The notes beneath the pieces were generated by a model. The model was not told where the DNA came from and did no database searches. It was given only the letters and a program-made list of their open reading frames with translations. From UHGV virus genome UHGV-0338188: 44,896 nt of DNA; one strand, given 5' to 3'. This document shows, piece by piece, positions 29,127 to 38,373 of this stretch. Position 1 is the first letter of the stretch. Each line of letters opens with the position of its first letter. The position numbers and the translations under genes were made by a program. The stretch is from a virus.

Positions 29127-29531
29127 GTGAAACGAGATAACAGACTAAGTTATAAAGTTGGTTTTGTTTCCTTTTTTTATTGGCTATTTGTATATATCTA
29201 TCCAACGGAACGCCTCATTTCCCCGGATGGGATTCCGTTGAATGGGATTGGTTTGATAATTGATAATTTTAGCGATGTTTTTGTTTCTCTTTTCGTCATG
29301 ATGGTTTCATCCCTTTACCTGGTGGCCATCTATGCATCAAAAGAGAAACTAAGGATCGTTATGGCCGGCATTTTGTTTGGCGTATGGGTTACGTCAACGA
29401 GTGCGATGGTTTGGTGGGCTTTCATGCGTGGCCTAGTTTCGCCATCATTAGCAATCTACGCCGGATATTGCGTTTCAATTTTCATTGATATTCGGACGGG
29501 GGTTGATAATAAATGGATTGGCAAAAAATAA
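29127..29531 (+). CDS. multi-pass membrane protein (lysis cassette; holin-like; GTG start)
   Basis: GGAGGTG RBS 6 nt before GTG; about four hydrophobic segments. The ATG at 29043 has no RBS and overlaps the leader sORF. Confidence 0.55.
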   Translation: MKRDNRLSYKVGFVSFFYWLFVYIYPTERLISPDGIPLNGIGLIIDNFSDVFVSLFVMMVSSLYLVAIYASKEKLRIVMAGILFGVWVTSTSAMVWWAFMRGLVSPSLAIYAGYCVSIFIDIRTGVDNKWIGKK

Positions 29532-29899
29532 TTTTGGCCATAATCGCAATGATTTCCGGATCATATGGGGTCATTACAGGTTTCATCAACTACAAAAAAG
29601 ATGTGAACAAGGGAAGAAACCAACGTGATCAAATAGCGTGGGAAACGATGGAAAAACAATACAAAAACCTTGAAAAAAGTTATGATGATCTATCGAAAAA
29701 AGTTTCACAGCTAGAAAAGAAGTTGGATGAATTCCGGGAGGAAAACGTAGCGAAAGACAAAATCATTTTAGAAAAAGATCGAATCATAATGAAAAAAGAT
29801 GGCGAAATCGAAGACTTAAAAGAAGAGGTTTCCGATCTTAAAAAGACAAACAAAGCATTGCGAGTTAAAATGGCAGAGATGGGAGGTGTCAAAACGTGA
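29513..29899 (+). CDS. XhlA-like protein (N-terminal TM plus coiled coil)
   Basis: ILAIIAMISGSYGVITGF transmembrane segment followed by heptad-rich NLEKSYDDLSKKVSQLEKKLDEF. Confidence 0.6.
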   Translation: MDWQKIILAIIAMISGSYGVITGFINYKKDVNKGRNQRDQIAWETMEKQYKNLEKSYDDLSKKVSQLEKKLDEFREENVAKDKIILEKDRIIMKKDGEIEDLKEEVSDLKKTNKALRVKMAEMGGVKT

Positions 29900-30141
29900 A
29901 AGATCAGATCATGCAAATGTTTAATTTGTCGGACGTTGCTTATAACCGTTTGAAATGGACGGTAAGCATTGTTTTACCGGCAATCATCACTTTTTTTGGA
30001 ATTCTAGGCCAGACAATGGGTTGGGATTTCACTGATAAAGTGATCACAATTGGAACGGCTTTTGTTGCTATGTTAGGGATCATTTTAGGCATTTCAACAA
30101 ATGAGTACAACAAAAACGAAGAAAACAAAAAAGACGAGTAA
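29896..30141 (+). CDS. holin
   Basis: 81 aa with two TM segments and a charged C-terminus (NKNEENKKDE); lies immediately upstream of the endolysin. Confidence 0.7.
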   Translation: MKDQIMQMFNLSDVAYNRLKWTVSIVLPAIITFFGILGQTMGWDFTDKVITIGTAFVAMLGIILGISTNEYNKNEENKKDE

Positions 30142-30156
30142 GGGAGGAAAAAGAAA

Positions 30157-31158
30157 ATGGCAGGAGAAGTTTTTAGCAAGTTGATTACAAGTGTGAATCC
30201 AAAAATCATGAATGCCAGCAGTCGAAACGGCATGAATATTGATCGGATCATCATCCATCACAATGCAACAACGAACAAAGATGTCGCAATGGATACATGG
30301 GTAAAAGGTGGGCCGGCAGGAACATCCGCACATTATGAATGCACACCAGACGAAATCATCGGTTGTGTAGGCGAACAATATGCAGCATGGCACGCAGGCG
30401 GAACAGGCGGATCAGACATCCCAAAAATTTCGAACCCCAACCAACGATCGATTGGCATTGAAAACGTCAATTCAAGCGGTGCGCCTTATTGGTCAGTAGA
30501 TAAAAGAACAATTCAAAATTGTGCAAAATTAGTGGCTGATATTTGCAAACGGTACAATATTCCTTTAGACCGTCAACATGTTTTAGGACATAATGAAGTA
30601 ACCGCAACAGCATGCCCAGGTGGCATCAACGTTGATGAAGTAGTGAGATTGGCGAAAGAATACAGCGAAAGATCGAGCAATTCAAACGTTGCGCAAGAAC
30701 AAAAACCAAGCAAATCAACAACAAAAACGCACGATCAAATTATCGCAGAAAGTAAACCGAAAACCGTTGGAAACTACGTTGGGAAATTGGAAGTATTCAA
30801 CGAATTAAAATGGGGCATTTTCCGGATTGCTGGTTGGTTAGTGCCGATCAACGGTGCGCCTTATTTAAATCATGGATATGTATTTTGGAAAGAAGCCGGC
30901 ACAGGCAAAGAAATCGGACGTTGCCCATCAAAAGGCATCATGAGAAATGATGTTAACAAAGCATACGGATTGCCTAACGGTTTGAAATTCGGCCTTGATG
31001 GTACGCTAGACATCAAGAAATTCGCAGGCAAGAAAGTATATCCATGTTTGCGCAGAACAAACGACAAAGCAGGAAACAGCATTGCAGGCAAAGCAAATGG
31101 CAATGGTTGGATCGATATCGAGTTTCCGGAATACGTTTTGACAATTCCGAAAAGATAG
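30157..31158 (+). CDS. endolysin, N-acetylmuramoyl-L-alanine amidase (amidase_2/PGRP-like) with a C-terminal binding domain
   Basis: IIHHNATTN...AHYEC...AWHAGG and a CPGG motif typical of the amidase_2 family; 333 aa. Confidence 0.8.
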   Translation: MAGEVFSKLITSVNPKIMNASSRNGMNIDRIIIHHNATTNKDVAMDTWVKGGPAGTSAHYECTPDEIIGCVGEQYAAWHAGGTGGSDIPKISNPNQRSIGIENVNSSGAPYWSVDKRTIQNCAKLVADICKRYNIPLDRQHVLGHNEVTATACPGGINVDEVVRLAKEYSERSSNSNVAQEQKPSKSTTKTHDQIIAESKPKTVGNYVGKLEVFNELKWGIFRIAGWLVPINGAPYLNHGYVFWKEAGTGKEIGRCPSKGIMRNDVNKAYGLPNGLKFGLDGTLDIKKFAGKKVYPCLRRTNDKAGNSIAGKANGNGWIDIEFPEYVLTIPKR

Positions 31159-31201
31159 TTTATTCTTTATTTTGTCGTAGTAATTGGCATGTTACTTCCT
31201 A

Positions 31202-31238
31202 AGAAAAAAGTTCGGTCAGAAATGGCCGTTCTTTTTTT
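31202..31238. terminator. bidirectional-type terminator closing the late operon
   Basis: AAAAAAG..CGG-loop-CCG..CTTTTTTT: an imperfect dyad flanked by A and T tracts. Confidence 0.45.
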
Positions 31239-31260
31239 AATTATTTTTTGTAGTAAATTG

Positions 31261-31289
31261 TTGCAAATTGTAACATATCATGATATAAT
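31261..31289 (+). promoter_or_regulatory. early promoter (TTGCAA - 17 nt - TGATATAAT)
   Basis: Near-consensus sigma-A -35 element, 17-nt spacer, and extended -10. Confidence 0.65.
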
Positions 31290-31319
31290 TAATTCATAAA
31301 GTTAAAGGAGGAAGAACAA

Positions 31320-31556
31320 ATGAAAAAAGTAAAGGTTAACGGATATTTCAATTTATACAAATGCAAAGATGGGATTTGGGATGGTGCTTTTGTTTGGTCA
31401 AACACTGATTATTCATCTTTATACACATTTTTAGTTGATGTGGATAGCTTGAAAAAAATGGGTTACGACTACGAAGGATATAGACTTATAGAAGTCAACG
31501 GCATCCAATGCATTCCAATGACATTTTCAAATGCAGAAGTCGAAAGAGTTTGTTAA
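31320..31556 (+). CDS. hypothetical early protein (78 aa)
   Basis: AAAGGAGGAAG RBS. Confidence 0.6.
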   Translation: MKKVKVNGYFNLYKCKDGIWDGAFVWSNTDYSSLYTFLVDVDSLKKMGYDYEGYRLIEVNGIQCIPMTFSNAEVERVC

Positions 31557-31602
31557 CAAAAAAATGCCGGGTGTAAAATCCCGGCTTTCTAGGAGGTAAA
31601 AA

Positions 31603-31818
31603 ATGAAGCCTAGTATATCTTTAGAACAATACAAAGAAATTATTTCGGGATGTGATCATCAAGAATTGCACATCGAAGCAAAGGGATTTTTGAATGGCGG
31701 AATAAACGAACACAACGAAGCATATGCGATCGCTTTATATGGGCGATTGTGTATGTTAGGCAGTTGGATTTCAGCATTATTAGGGGAGGAAATAGAGAAA
31801 TGGAAAGAAAGCAAGTGA
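31603..31818 (+). CDS. hypothetical early protein (71 aa)
   Basis: TAGGAGGT RBS. Confidence 0.6.
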   Translation: MKPSISLEQYKEIISGCDHQELHIEAKGFLNGGINEHNEAYAIALYGRLCMLGSWISALLGEEIEKWKESK

Positions 31819-32003
31819 ACACAGCAAGAATCCGTGTACAAATGAAAATGAGAGGGGAAACAGATGAAACGATGGCGAAGCGTTTAAACGTTTCACGTGT
31901 AACATACAACAAATTGATCAATAACAAATATGTTTCCGGAAACGCCAATGCTTATATCGAAACCATCGAAAAAATTCTTGGCATGGATCAAAATATCAGA
32001 TAA
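31800..32003 (+). CDS. small HTH DNA-binding protein (XRE-like)
   Basis: MAKRLNVSRVTYNKLINNK helix-turn-helix; GGAGG RBS; overlaps the upstream gene by 19 nt. Confidence 0.55.
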   Translation: MERKQVNTARIRVQMKMRGETDETMAKRLNVSRVTYNKLINNKYVSGNANAYIETIEKILGMDQNIR

Positions 32004-32019
32004 AAAAGGAGAATGAAAG

Positions 32020-33024
32020 ATGATAGATTTTGAAAAAGTAAACGAAAACATTTTGCGCACACAGGATGGCAAAGAAACAAAAGAATACACTTACAGCGCA
32101 ACTGATGGCGAACGTGGGATGTCAGATGAAGAAGTTTTGATGTTTCAACTACACAAAGAAAACGATGAACTGAAAAAAATGATCGAGGAATCAAATCAAG
32201 CGATCGATCAAGCGGGCATGATCAAGTCGCTTGCAAAGATGGCGCAAAAGATCGCAAAAGTGATCGAGCAAACGAAAACGATTGAAAAATCCGGTTGGAA
32301 CAGTTTTCACAAATACGAGTATGCAACAGAATCAGATGTGAAAAAAGGCGTTCGAAACGTAATGGCCGAAAACAAGCTGATTTTGATGAACAACGTCAAA
32401 AAGTACGAGGAAAACATTGTTCAGACAAAAAACGGCGGAAAAGAATCACAAGTGAAATTGCACATCGAATATACTTTGATCGATACAGAAACAGGATTCT
32501 CAAAAACATTCACAAAGATCGGCGTGGGCCAAGATGCAGGCGATAAAGCTTTCTACAAAGCCGAAACAGGCGCTTTGAAATACGCTTTGACAACATTGTT
32601 CTTGCTTCCTAGTGGCGATGGCGATCCAGAAATCAACAGTCAGGAAAACGATGGCACAGATGCCAAAAGCAAACCGCAAGAAAAAGACTTGCTGAAAATG
32701 AAAACAACAGCCGAATTCATTTTGAAAGCAACAAAATTAGAACAACAAAAAACAATAGTCGGATTTTTGCAAGACGTAGCCAACAAAAACAATATTTTGG
32801 ATGATAAAGGCAATGCAAAAAATCCAGATGATTTAACGGTGGCGGACGTGGCCAAAATGAACAATTATCTTTCTAAGTGGAAATTGAAAGTCATTGATGA
32901 TCTGAAAACACAGCAAAAACAAAACGAACAAATGGATAGAGAGAGAATGCAACAGCAAACAGAACGACAACATCAACAAGCGAAACAACAAAAAGATGCA
33001 AAAAGCATTTTCGGAGGTAGATAA
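32020..33024 (+). CDS. ERF-family single-strand annealing protein
   Basis: GWNSFHKYEYATESDV, FYKAETGALKYAL and LLPSGDGDPE are typical of the ERF superfamily. Confidence 0.7.
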   Translation: MIDFEKVNENILRTQDGKETKEYTYSATDGERGMSDEEVLMFQLHKENDELKKMIEESNQAIDQAGMIKSLAKMAQKIAKVIEQTKTIEKSGWNSFHKYEYATESDVKKGVRNVMAENKLILMNNVKKYEENIVQTKNGGKESQVKLHIEYTLIDTETGFSKTFTKIGVGQDAGDKAFYKAETGALKYALTTLFLLPSGDGDPEINSQENDGTDAKSKPQEKDLLKMKTTAEFILKATKLEQQKTIVGFLQDVANKNNILDDKGNAKNPDDLTVADVAKMNNYLSKWKLKVIDDLKTQQKQNEQMDRERMQQQTERQHQQAKQQKDAKSIFGGR

Positions 33025-33026
33025 GA

Positions 33027-34073
33027 ATGGCAAACGAAATTCAAAAACAAGATAACAACATTGCAGATGTTTTGAAAATGGAGATCACGCCGGCCGTGAT
33101 CTCTTTCCCAGGAGAAAAAGAATTGCGTGCTTATTTAGATGCAGAAATGAAAAAATATAAAAGCCTGGTAATCACTGACGAAAATATTAGCGATGCTAAA
33201 AAAGCAAAAACGTATTTGAATAAAATGAAAAAAGCGTTAAATGATGCCAGAATTCAAAAAGAACGTGAAGTGATGCAACCTTTTAACGAATTCAAAACGT
33301 CAATCGAAACATTGATCAAACAGCTTGATCAAACCATCGATCCAATTGATCAAAAAATCAAAGAAGCGGATGCGTTGGCAAGAGAGCAGAAGAAAGAGAA
33401 AATCAAAAAAGAGATCATGGAAATAATAGATGGCCATGAAATTCCAGAAGAAGAAGCCGGCTTTTTTGAGATCGATCCGAAATGGTTAAATAAAACGGCA
33501 AAGATGAAAGACATTAGAGAATCGCTTGTCATGCAAGCAAGATCATATTTGCAACAAAAGAAGGAATATGAAGACGGCGTGAAACTTATCCACAATCTAT
33601 CCAAAACGCTTGATGTAACAGAAGACAATTACATCGAACTATTCAAAGACGGTATGAGCATCGATGATGTTTTAGCTTTCATGAAAAGAGAGAAAGAAAA
33701 TCGTGATCAATTGCGAGCAGAAGAAGAGAAAAAGCGCCAGGAAGAAGAGTTGCGAAAATCCCAGGAAGAGCAAGCAAAGCAAGAAGAACAGCCCGATCCC
33801 GATTTTGATTATTTGGGCGGTATTGATCCGGAAGAGTACAAAGAGAAAAAAACAGATACACAATTCGACTTTGCAGGTTTGAAAGATTTCGATTTTGAAA
33901 CAGGAGAAGTCTTTGATAATGATTTGCCAGAAATAGAAAGTGACATTCAAACGGTCACTTTGAAACTAAGCGGAACATATGAAAATTTAGAGCGTTTGAA
34001 TAACGTTATGCAAGATTTGAGGATTTCATTCGAATTGATCGATCTTGCGAATGATTATGTACGTATCAGATAA
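33027..34073 (+). CDS. DUF1351-like protein (recombination module partner)
   Basis: 348 aa; K/E-rich coiled coil; lies directly downstream of the ERF gene, as in lactic-acid-bacteria phages. Confidence 0.5.
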   Translation: MANEIQKQDNNIADVLKMEITPAVISFPGEKELRAYLDAEMKKYKSLVITDENISDAKKAKTYLNKMKKALNDARIQKEREVMQPFNEFKTSIETLIKQLDQTIDPIDQKIKEADALAREQKKEKIKKEIMEIIDGHEIPEEEAGFFEIDPKWLNKTAKMKDIRESLVMQARSYLQQKKEYEDGVKLIHNLSKTLDVTEDNYIELFKDGMSIDDVLAFMKREKENRDQLRAEEEKKRQEEELRKSQEEQAKQEEQPDPDFDYLGGIDPEEYKEKKTDTQFDFAGLKDFDFETGEVFDNDLPEIESDIQTVTLKLSGTYENLERLNNVMQDLRISFELIDLANDYVRIR

Positions 34074-34182
34074 ACCATTCAAATTTGAAACATTTTCCGG
34101 CCGATTTGGCGTTTTAAACGTCCGGCCGGCTAATTATTCACGCAAAGAGTAAAACGGCTTAAAAACGAAAAGAGGTGGCATT

Positions 34183-34860
34183 TTGAGCATCGGGAAAATA
34201 ATCGGTAAAAACGAAAAATATTTGATGATCAAAATGGATGAAGATATAAACGAAAACTATATGAAGTTGCTTGCAGATGGCGGAAGCAATTGGGTCGATG
34301 TCCGATTGATCGATAACCGGCCACGTTCAGTGGTGCAAAATGCGTTATCTCATGCGCTTATTCGAGATATTGCAAGAAGCCAGCTGGATGATCCACGCTA
34401 TATCGAAGAAGTGTTGAAATACGAATTTTATGAACGTACCGGCATCGACTTTTTTCATTCCGTGGCAACCGTAGACGAAGCCAGGAAATGGATTTCGTTT
34501 TTGATTGATCTCATGCTTGAATTTCGTATTCCATTCAAAAAACGATATGCCTATCTTTTTGAGGATTCAACCTGGTTTTATCAAGCTTGCAAACATCGTG
34601 TTTGTGCCGTTTGTGGAAAAGAACATGCAGACATCCACCACATAACGGCCGTGGGTAACAGAAAAAGGAAGCTAGTCGATCATCGATTGTTTCCGATGGT
34701 TGCACTTTGCAGGGAGCATCATCAAAAAGCGCATGAATTAGGTCAAATATTGTTTATTAAGCAATTCAAAATTATCCCGGTTTATTTATCGGGCGTTGAT
34801 CTCGTTAAGATCGGCATCATGTCAAATGCGCAAATTAAAAGATTGGATGAGGTGGTTTGA
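34183..34860 (+). CDS. HNH endonuclease (start uncertain, TTG or an internal ATG)
   Basis: CAVCGKEHADIHHI...CREHHQKAH HNH/zinc motif. Confidence 0.65.
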   Translation: MSIGKIIGKNEKYLMIKMDEDINENYMKLLADGGSNWVDVRLIDNRPRSVVQNALSHALIRDIARSQLDDPRYIEEVLKYEFYERTGIDFFHSVATVDEARKWISFLIDLMLEFRIPFKKRYAYLFEDSTWFYQACKHRVCAVCGKEHADIHHITAVGNRKRKLVDHRLFPMVALCREHHQKAHELGQILFIKQFKIIPVYLSGVDLVKIGIMSNAQIKRLDEVV

Positions 34861-35225
34861 TGGAAAAAAGAGTGGAAGCATTAGTGTTGATCGATTTTGC
34901 CAGATACAAAAAGGATTTATACAAGACGAAAAAGAAGCTTGAAGCATTTTCAGATTTTTTATTCAGCAGATATGATGAACACATGGAGTGTTCATTGATT
35001 GATCACGCAGGAGAAACGATTGCATATGAAGAATTTCCAGAAGAGTTGAAAGACGATTTGCATGGCATCGTAATAAATGCGATCGAAGGGATCAACAAAG
35101 AGATCGATCAAGCGGAAAGAATTATCCAGAACTATCGAGCAGACGAAGCAAGCGAAGTTTTGAATGCCTATAACAAAGCTAGAATCAGAAGTGAAAAAAT
35201 GAACAGAAAAGGCGGTTTGGTGTGA
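34857..35225 (+). CDS. hypothetical protein (122 aa)
   Basis: ATGA overlap; acidic. Confidence 0.55.
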   Translation: MMEKRVEALVLIDFARYKKDLYKTKKKLEAFSDFLFSRYDEHMECSLIDHAGETIAYEEFPEELKDDLHGIVINAIEGINKEIDQAERIIQNYRADEASEVLNAYNKARIRSEKMNRKGGLV

Positions 35226-35539
35226 TGAAGCAAAAAATATCGAATGAACGAAAATACGTGCTGATTTCAAATAGAAATAAAGGCGATAAAGATAAGTTGT
35301 TGTTTTGGGGTCAATTGACGTGGGATGATGAACAACGAAGCTTTTCGGGGTACACTCACGATTTCACTACGTGCGAAAGATACACGTTGGAAGAAATTCA
35401 AAAAGCTAATTTCCCAAAAGAATATTTAGAACAATTCAATCTCGAAGATTGGGCTGATTTTAAAGGCGAAACATTTTATTGTACCGCATTAGAATTGATT
35501 GAAATCATGGGAGCGCCTAAGACTGTTTTTGCTTATTAA
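35222..35539 (+). CDS. hypothetical protein (105 aa)
   Basis: ATGA overlap. Confidence 0.55.
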   Translation: MMKQKISNERKYVLISNRNKGDKDKLLFWGQLTWDDEQRSFSGYTHDFTTCERYTLEEIQKANFPKEYLEQFNLEDWADFKGETFYCTALELIEIMGAPKTVFAY

Positions 35540-35543
35540 TAGC

Positions 35544-35581
35544 AAAGGCCATCTTTCTTGAAAAAGAAATTTGGCTTTTTG
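35544..35581 (+). terminator. terminator ending the first early transcription unit
   Basis: A long imperfect dyad, GCCATCTTTCTT-GAAA-AAGAAATTTGGC, followed by TTTTTG. Confidence 0.5.
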
Positions 35582-35591
35582 TATAAAATGC

Positions 35592-35620
35592 TTGTTCAAC
35601 ACATTGTCTTATGGTAAGAT
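35592..35620 (+). promoter_or_regulatory. promoter (TTGTTC - 17 nt - TGGTAAGAT) of the replication unit
   Basis: A -35-like element, 17-nt spacer, and an extended -10-like element. Confidence 0.5.
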
Positions 35621-35664
35621 AGTTTTTGTAACAACGAATTGAACAAAAGGAGATGTAAAAAAGT

Positions 35665-35844
35665 ATGAAAAATAAAAACAGAATTGTATTAGAAAAGAAA
35701 TTGTTAGACAGTGGGAAGACGTGGCGTGGTGTAGCGAAAGAGCTAGGTATATCGCACGAATATCTTTCAAAGTTGATTAATGGTAAAACTAACAAATCAG
35801 CGCAAGAAAGATGGTTGCCAGTAATCGAAAGTAAATTGAAGTAA
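35665..35844 (+). CDS. Cro-like HTH protein (59 aa; below the ORF-track size cutoff)
   Basis: WRGVAKELGISHEYLSKLINGK helix-turn-helix; first gene after the promoter. Confidence 0.55.
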   Translation: MKNKNRIVLEKKLLDSGKTWRGVAKELGISHEYLSKLINGKTNKSAQERWLPVIESKLK

Positions 35845-35857
35845 AGGGGTGGTTTTA

Positions 35858-36118
35858 GTGTCAGAATTAAGACCAAAGGCGCTATTTGATGATCGTTTAT
35901 CTTGGAAATCAAGAGGGATATATATGTATTTGATTTCTGAATATCCAATGAATTATTTTACAGAAAAAGAGTTAGTTAAGCGGACACCTGGTGGTATGTC
36001 AGCGTTAAGAAGTGGGTTAAAAGAGTTGATAAAATACGGTTATCTTGATCGTGTACAAATAAGAGACAAAGGACGCTTCATCGGCGTTGAGTGGCACTTG
36101 CACGTTCCTATAATTTAA
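35858..36118 (+). CDS. winged-HTH protein, replication-initiator N-terminal domain paralog 1 (GTG start)
   Basis: AAAGGGGTGG RBS. The segment SRGIYMYLISEYPMNYFTEKELVKRTPGGMSALRSGLKELIKYGYLDR resembles the HTH_36 family. Confidence 0.5.
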   Translation: MSELRPKALFDDRLSWKSRGIYMYLISEYPMNYFTEKELVKRTPGGMSALRSGLKELIKYGYLDRVQIRDKGRFIGVEWHLHVPII

Positions 36119-36141
36119 TAAAAATGAAAGAGGTTTGAGAA

Positions 36142-36489
36142 ATGAACAAAAATGAAAAATATGAATATTTTAGTCCGGATTTAGTTGAGAAAACACCAGT
36201 TTTATTGAACGATACAGATTTCGAAATTTATTGCAGCCCGGAAGAATATTTATTCGTGTGTATGTTAAGTAGTACCTTAGCAAAGTATAAAAAATTATAT
36301 ATCATGCCTAGTGAAACGCATTTCGATTCTTTTTTTGGAAAATCACCGCAAGCAATGAGAATTTTCATTTATAGCTTGAAAGATAAGGGCTTGATTAATC
36401 TCGAACAAATGGAAGGTATTCCAAGTGGTTATTATTGGATAACACTAGGTAAAAACGCTAGAAACAAAATAATGGACGGTGATTTTTAG
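36142..36489 (+). CDS. winged-HTH protein, paralog 2
   Basis: Same domain architecture as the genes at 35858 and 36489 (YLFVCMLSS...IYSLKDKGLIN). Confidence 0.5.
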   Translation: MNKNEKYEYFSPDLVEKTPVLLNDTDFEIYCSPEEYLFVCMLSSTLAKYKKLYIMPSETHFDSFFGKSPQAMRIFIYSLKDKGLINLEQMEGIPSGYYWITLGKNARNKIMDGDF

Positions 36490-37175
36490 TGAACAATAAT
36501 CAAGATAGATTCGACAAGTTTCCCGAATGGTTGTATAAAATAAAAGGTTTAACAGCGGATGAAAAACTTGTTTACATGAAAATAAGGGCGCTTGCCAAAG
36601 ATCGTGGAACGTGGGCATCAAATGAATATTTTGCAAATTTCTTTGACAAAGATGTTAGGTCAATAAATCGCTATCTAGCTAAAATGGAAAAAATGGGTTT
36701 GATATGGCGAGATACTAAAATAAAAAAAGGTTACATCAAAGAAAGAATGATTTATATAAACCAGACACATGACACAGATGTCAGCTGTACACATGACACA
36801 GATGTCACATCAACAGAGAATAACTTAACAGATAATTATTTAACAGATAATAAACTAACAGATAAAAAACCTATGAGCGAATCAAATGATTCACTCGCAG
36901 AAGCGTTCGAAAAGCTTTGGAAACTGTATCCGAACAAAAAAGGCAAAAAGCCAGCTTTCACAGCATACAAACGAGCGATCAAAAAAGGAACAACAAACAA
37001 ACAGATTCAAGATGGCATTGTCAGATACATTGCCGAAATCAAAAAAAGACGTACGCCGATCGACAAAGTGGCACATGGATCAACGTTTTTCAATCAAGAA
37101 AGATGGTTGGATGATTATGATCAACAAGCAACAGTTTCAGACGGTGGAAACAAATATTCGAATTTGGGATGGTGA
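36489..37175 (+). CDS. replication initiator / replisome organiser (winged-HTH N-terminus; iterons inside the gene)
   Basis: The N-terminal domain is paralogous to the two preceding genes. Direct DNA repeats are embedded in the coding sequence. The C-terminus is basic. Confidence 0.55.
   Translation: MNNNQDRFDKFPEWLYKIKGLTADEKLVYMKIRALAKDRGTWASNEYFANFFDKDVRSINRYLAKMEKMGLIWRDTKIKKGYIKERMIYINQTHDTDVSCTHDTDVTSTENNLTDNYLTDNKLTDKKPMSESNDSLAEAFEKLWKLYPNKKGKKPAFTAYKRAIKKGTTNKQIQDGIVRYIAEIKKRRTPIDKVAHGSTFFNQERWLDDYDQQATVSDGGNKYSNLGW
36765..36865. repeat. putative origin iterons: two copies of ACACATGACACAGATGTCA (24-bp period) and three copies of TAACAGATAA (15-bp period)
   Basis: Direct repeats read directly at 36765, 36789, 36826, 36841 and 36856. 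Confidence 0.6.
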
Positions 37176-37190
37176 TACCTGGTGGAAAAC

Positions 37191-38063
37191 ATGAGAGATT
37201 CAATGCAAATGCTTATGAGCAAGTTCATGGTCAAAACGGATGAAATGTGCGAAATCCACGGAATTGCGAAAGTGATTGCCAGAAATCAAAACGACATGAA
37301 ACCTTTTTGCGTTGAATGTCGCAGGTTGGAAATCGAACAGCAAAACAAAGAAAGAGCGGACAAAGCCTTACAAGCAGATATCAAACGCAAAACATATGAT
37401 GCACTGAAATATGATTCGATTTGCTCGGATGATGATGTTTGGAAAGCATCTTTCGACACGTTCCGGACGGATGGCAAAGATGCAGAAGCTTTGAAGATCG
37501 CAAAAGACAAAGCCAGACACATTGCCGGAGAGTACCTGGCGAAACGAATTGAAGTTGATGAAAATGGGAAAAAGAAGATCGTTAGAAATGAATTTAACAC
37601 GATTTTAACAGGCCCAGCCGGATCGGGAAAAAGCCATTTGGCTATGTCGATTATTAAAGCCGTCAACGAACATTCCGATCCCTGGCAAAGTTGTATTTTC
37701 GTTTCAACAGTCGATTTGCTGATGCTTATCCGTGATAGTTTTGGCAAGCCGGATTCGAAATTTTCAGAAGCAAACATGATCAATCTGTTAACAAATTGCG
37801 ATTTGCTTGTGTTGGATGATCTAGGAACAGAATCAAGTTTAGTAAGAAACGCTAATGAATCATCGGATTTTGTGCAAAAAGTTTTGTTTAGCATCTTATC
37901 GAGAAAAAGGACGATCATCACGACAAATCTTTCATCGGGTCAATTGATGGATATGTACAATCCTAAAATCATTTCTCGAATCAACAAGGGAGTAGGATTT
38001 GACGGAAAGCACGTGATCAAGATGCCGGATGATGTCGAAGACAAACGTATTTTATCGTTTTAG
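37191..38063 (+). CDS. DnaC/IstB-like AAA+ helicase loader
   Basis: Walker A-like TGPAGSGKSHLA and Walker B-like LLVLDDLG. GGTGG RBS before the ATG at 37191. Confidence 0.7.
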   Translation: MRDSMQMLMSKFMVKTDEMCEIHGIAKVIARNQNDMKPFCVECRRLEIEQQNKERADKALQADIKRKTYDALKYDSICSDDDVWKASFDTFRTDGKDAEALKIAKDKARHIAGEYLAKRIEVDENGKKKIVRNEFNTILTGPAGSGKSHLAMSIIKAVNEHSDPWQSCIFVSTVDLLMLIRDSFGKPDSKFSEANMINLLTNCDLLVLDDLGTESSLVRNANESSDFVQKVLFSILSRKRTIITTNLSSGQLMDMYNPKIISRINKGVGFDGKHVIKMPDDVEDKRILSF

Positions 38064-38118
38064 GCGAGAAGACTCCCACCTTAAGGAACGAAAGTAAATA
38101 GGTGGGAGATGAATCGCC
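38064..38118. repeat. left boundary hairpin (GGCGA..CTCCCACCT-loop-AGGTGGGAG..TCGCC), related to the hairpin at 39532..39562
   Basis: Stem of 9 bp plus 5 bp. The loop sequence TAAGGAACGAAAGT parallels TAAGCGAAGCGAAAGT in the right-hand copy. Confidence 0.5.
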
Positions 38119-38134
38119 TTTGAACAAGGGATGA

Positions 38135-38287
38135 CTACTTACCATCTCTATTGTCCAACTGTTCAAGTGCATATTGAATAAGATAAATAATTGTTTGGGT
38201 ACGAGTTGTGAAACCCTTCTTTTCTTTGAACTCGTCAATTCGTTTCAATAATTCTTTTGGATAACGCATATTCAAAACTTGCGACAT
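38135..38287 (-). CDS. ribbon-helix-helix-like small DNA-binding protein (50 aa; below the ORF-track size cutoff)
   Basis: Minus-strand ATG with RBS GGAGGTT and a 5-nt spacer. The MRYPKELLKRIDEFKEKKGFTTRTQTIIYLIQYALEQL pattern resembles Arc/CopG-type proteins. Confidence 0.45.
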   Translation of the reverse strand: MSQVLNMRYPKELLKRIDEFKEKKGFTTRTQTIIYLIQYALEQLDNRDGK

Positions 38288-38373
38288 TTTTTAACCTCCA
38301 TATTGTGTATTAAAATAATACATGATATAATCAATGTATATTATAATAATACACAACTGAGGGGTGAAAATCA

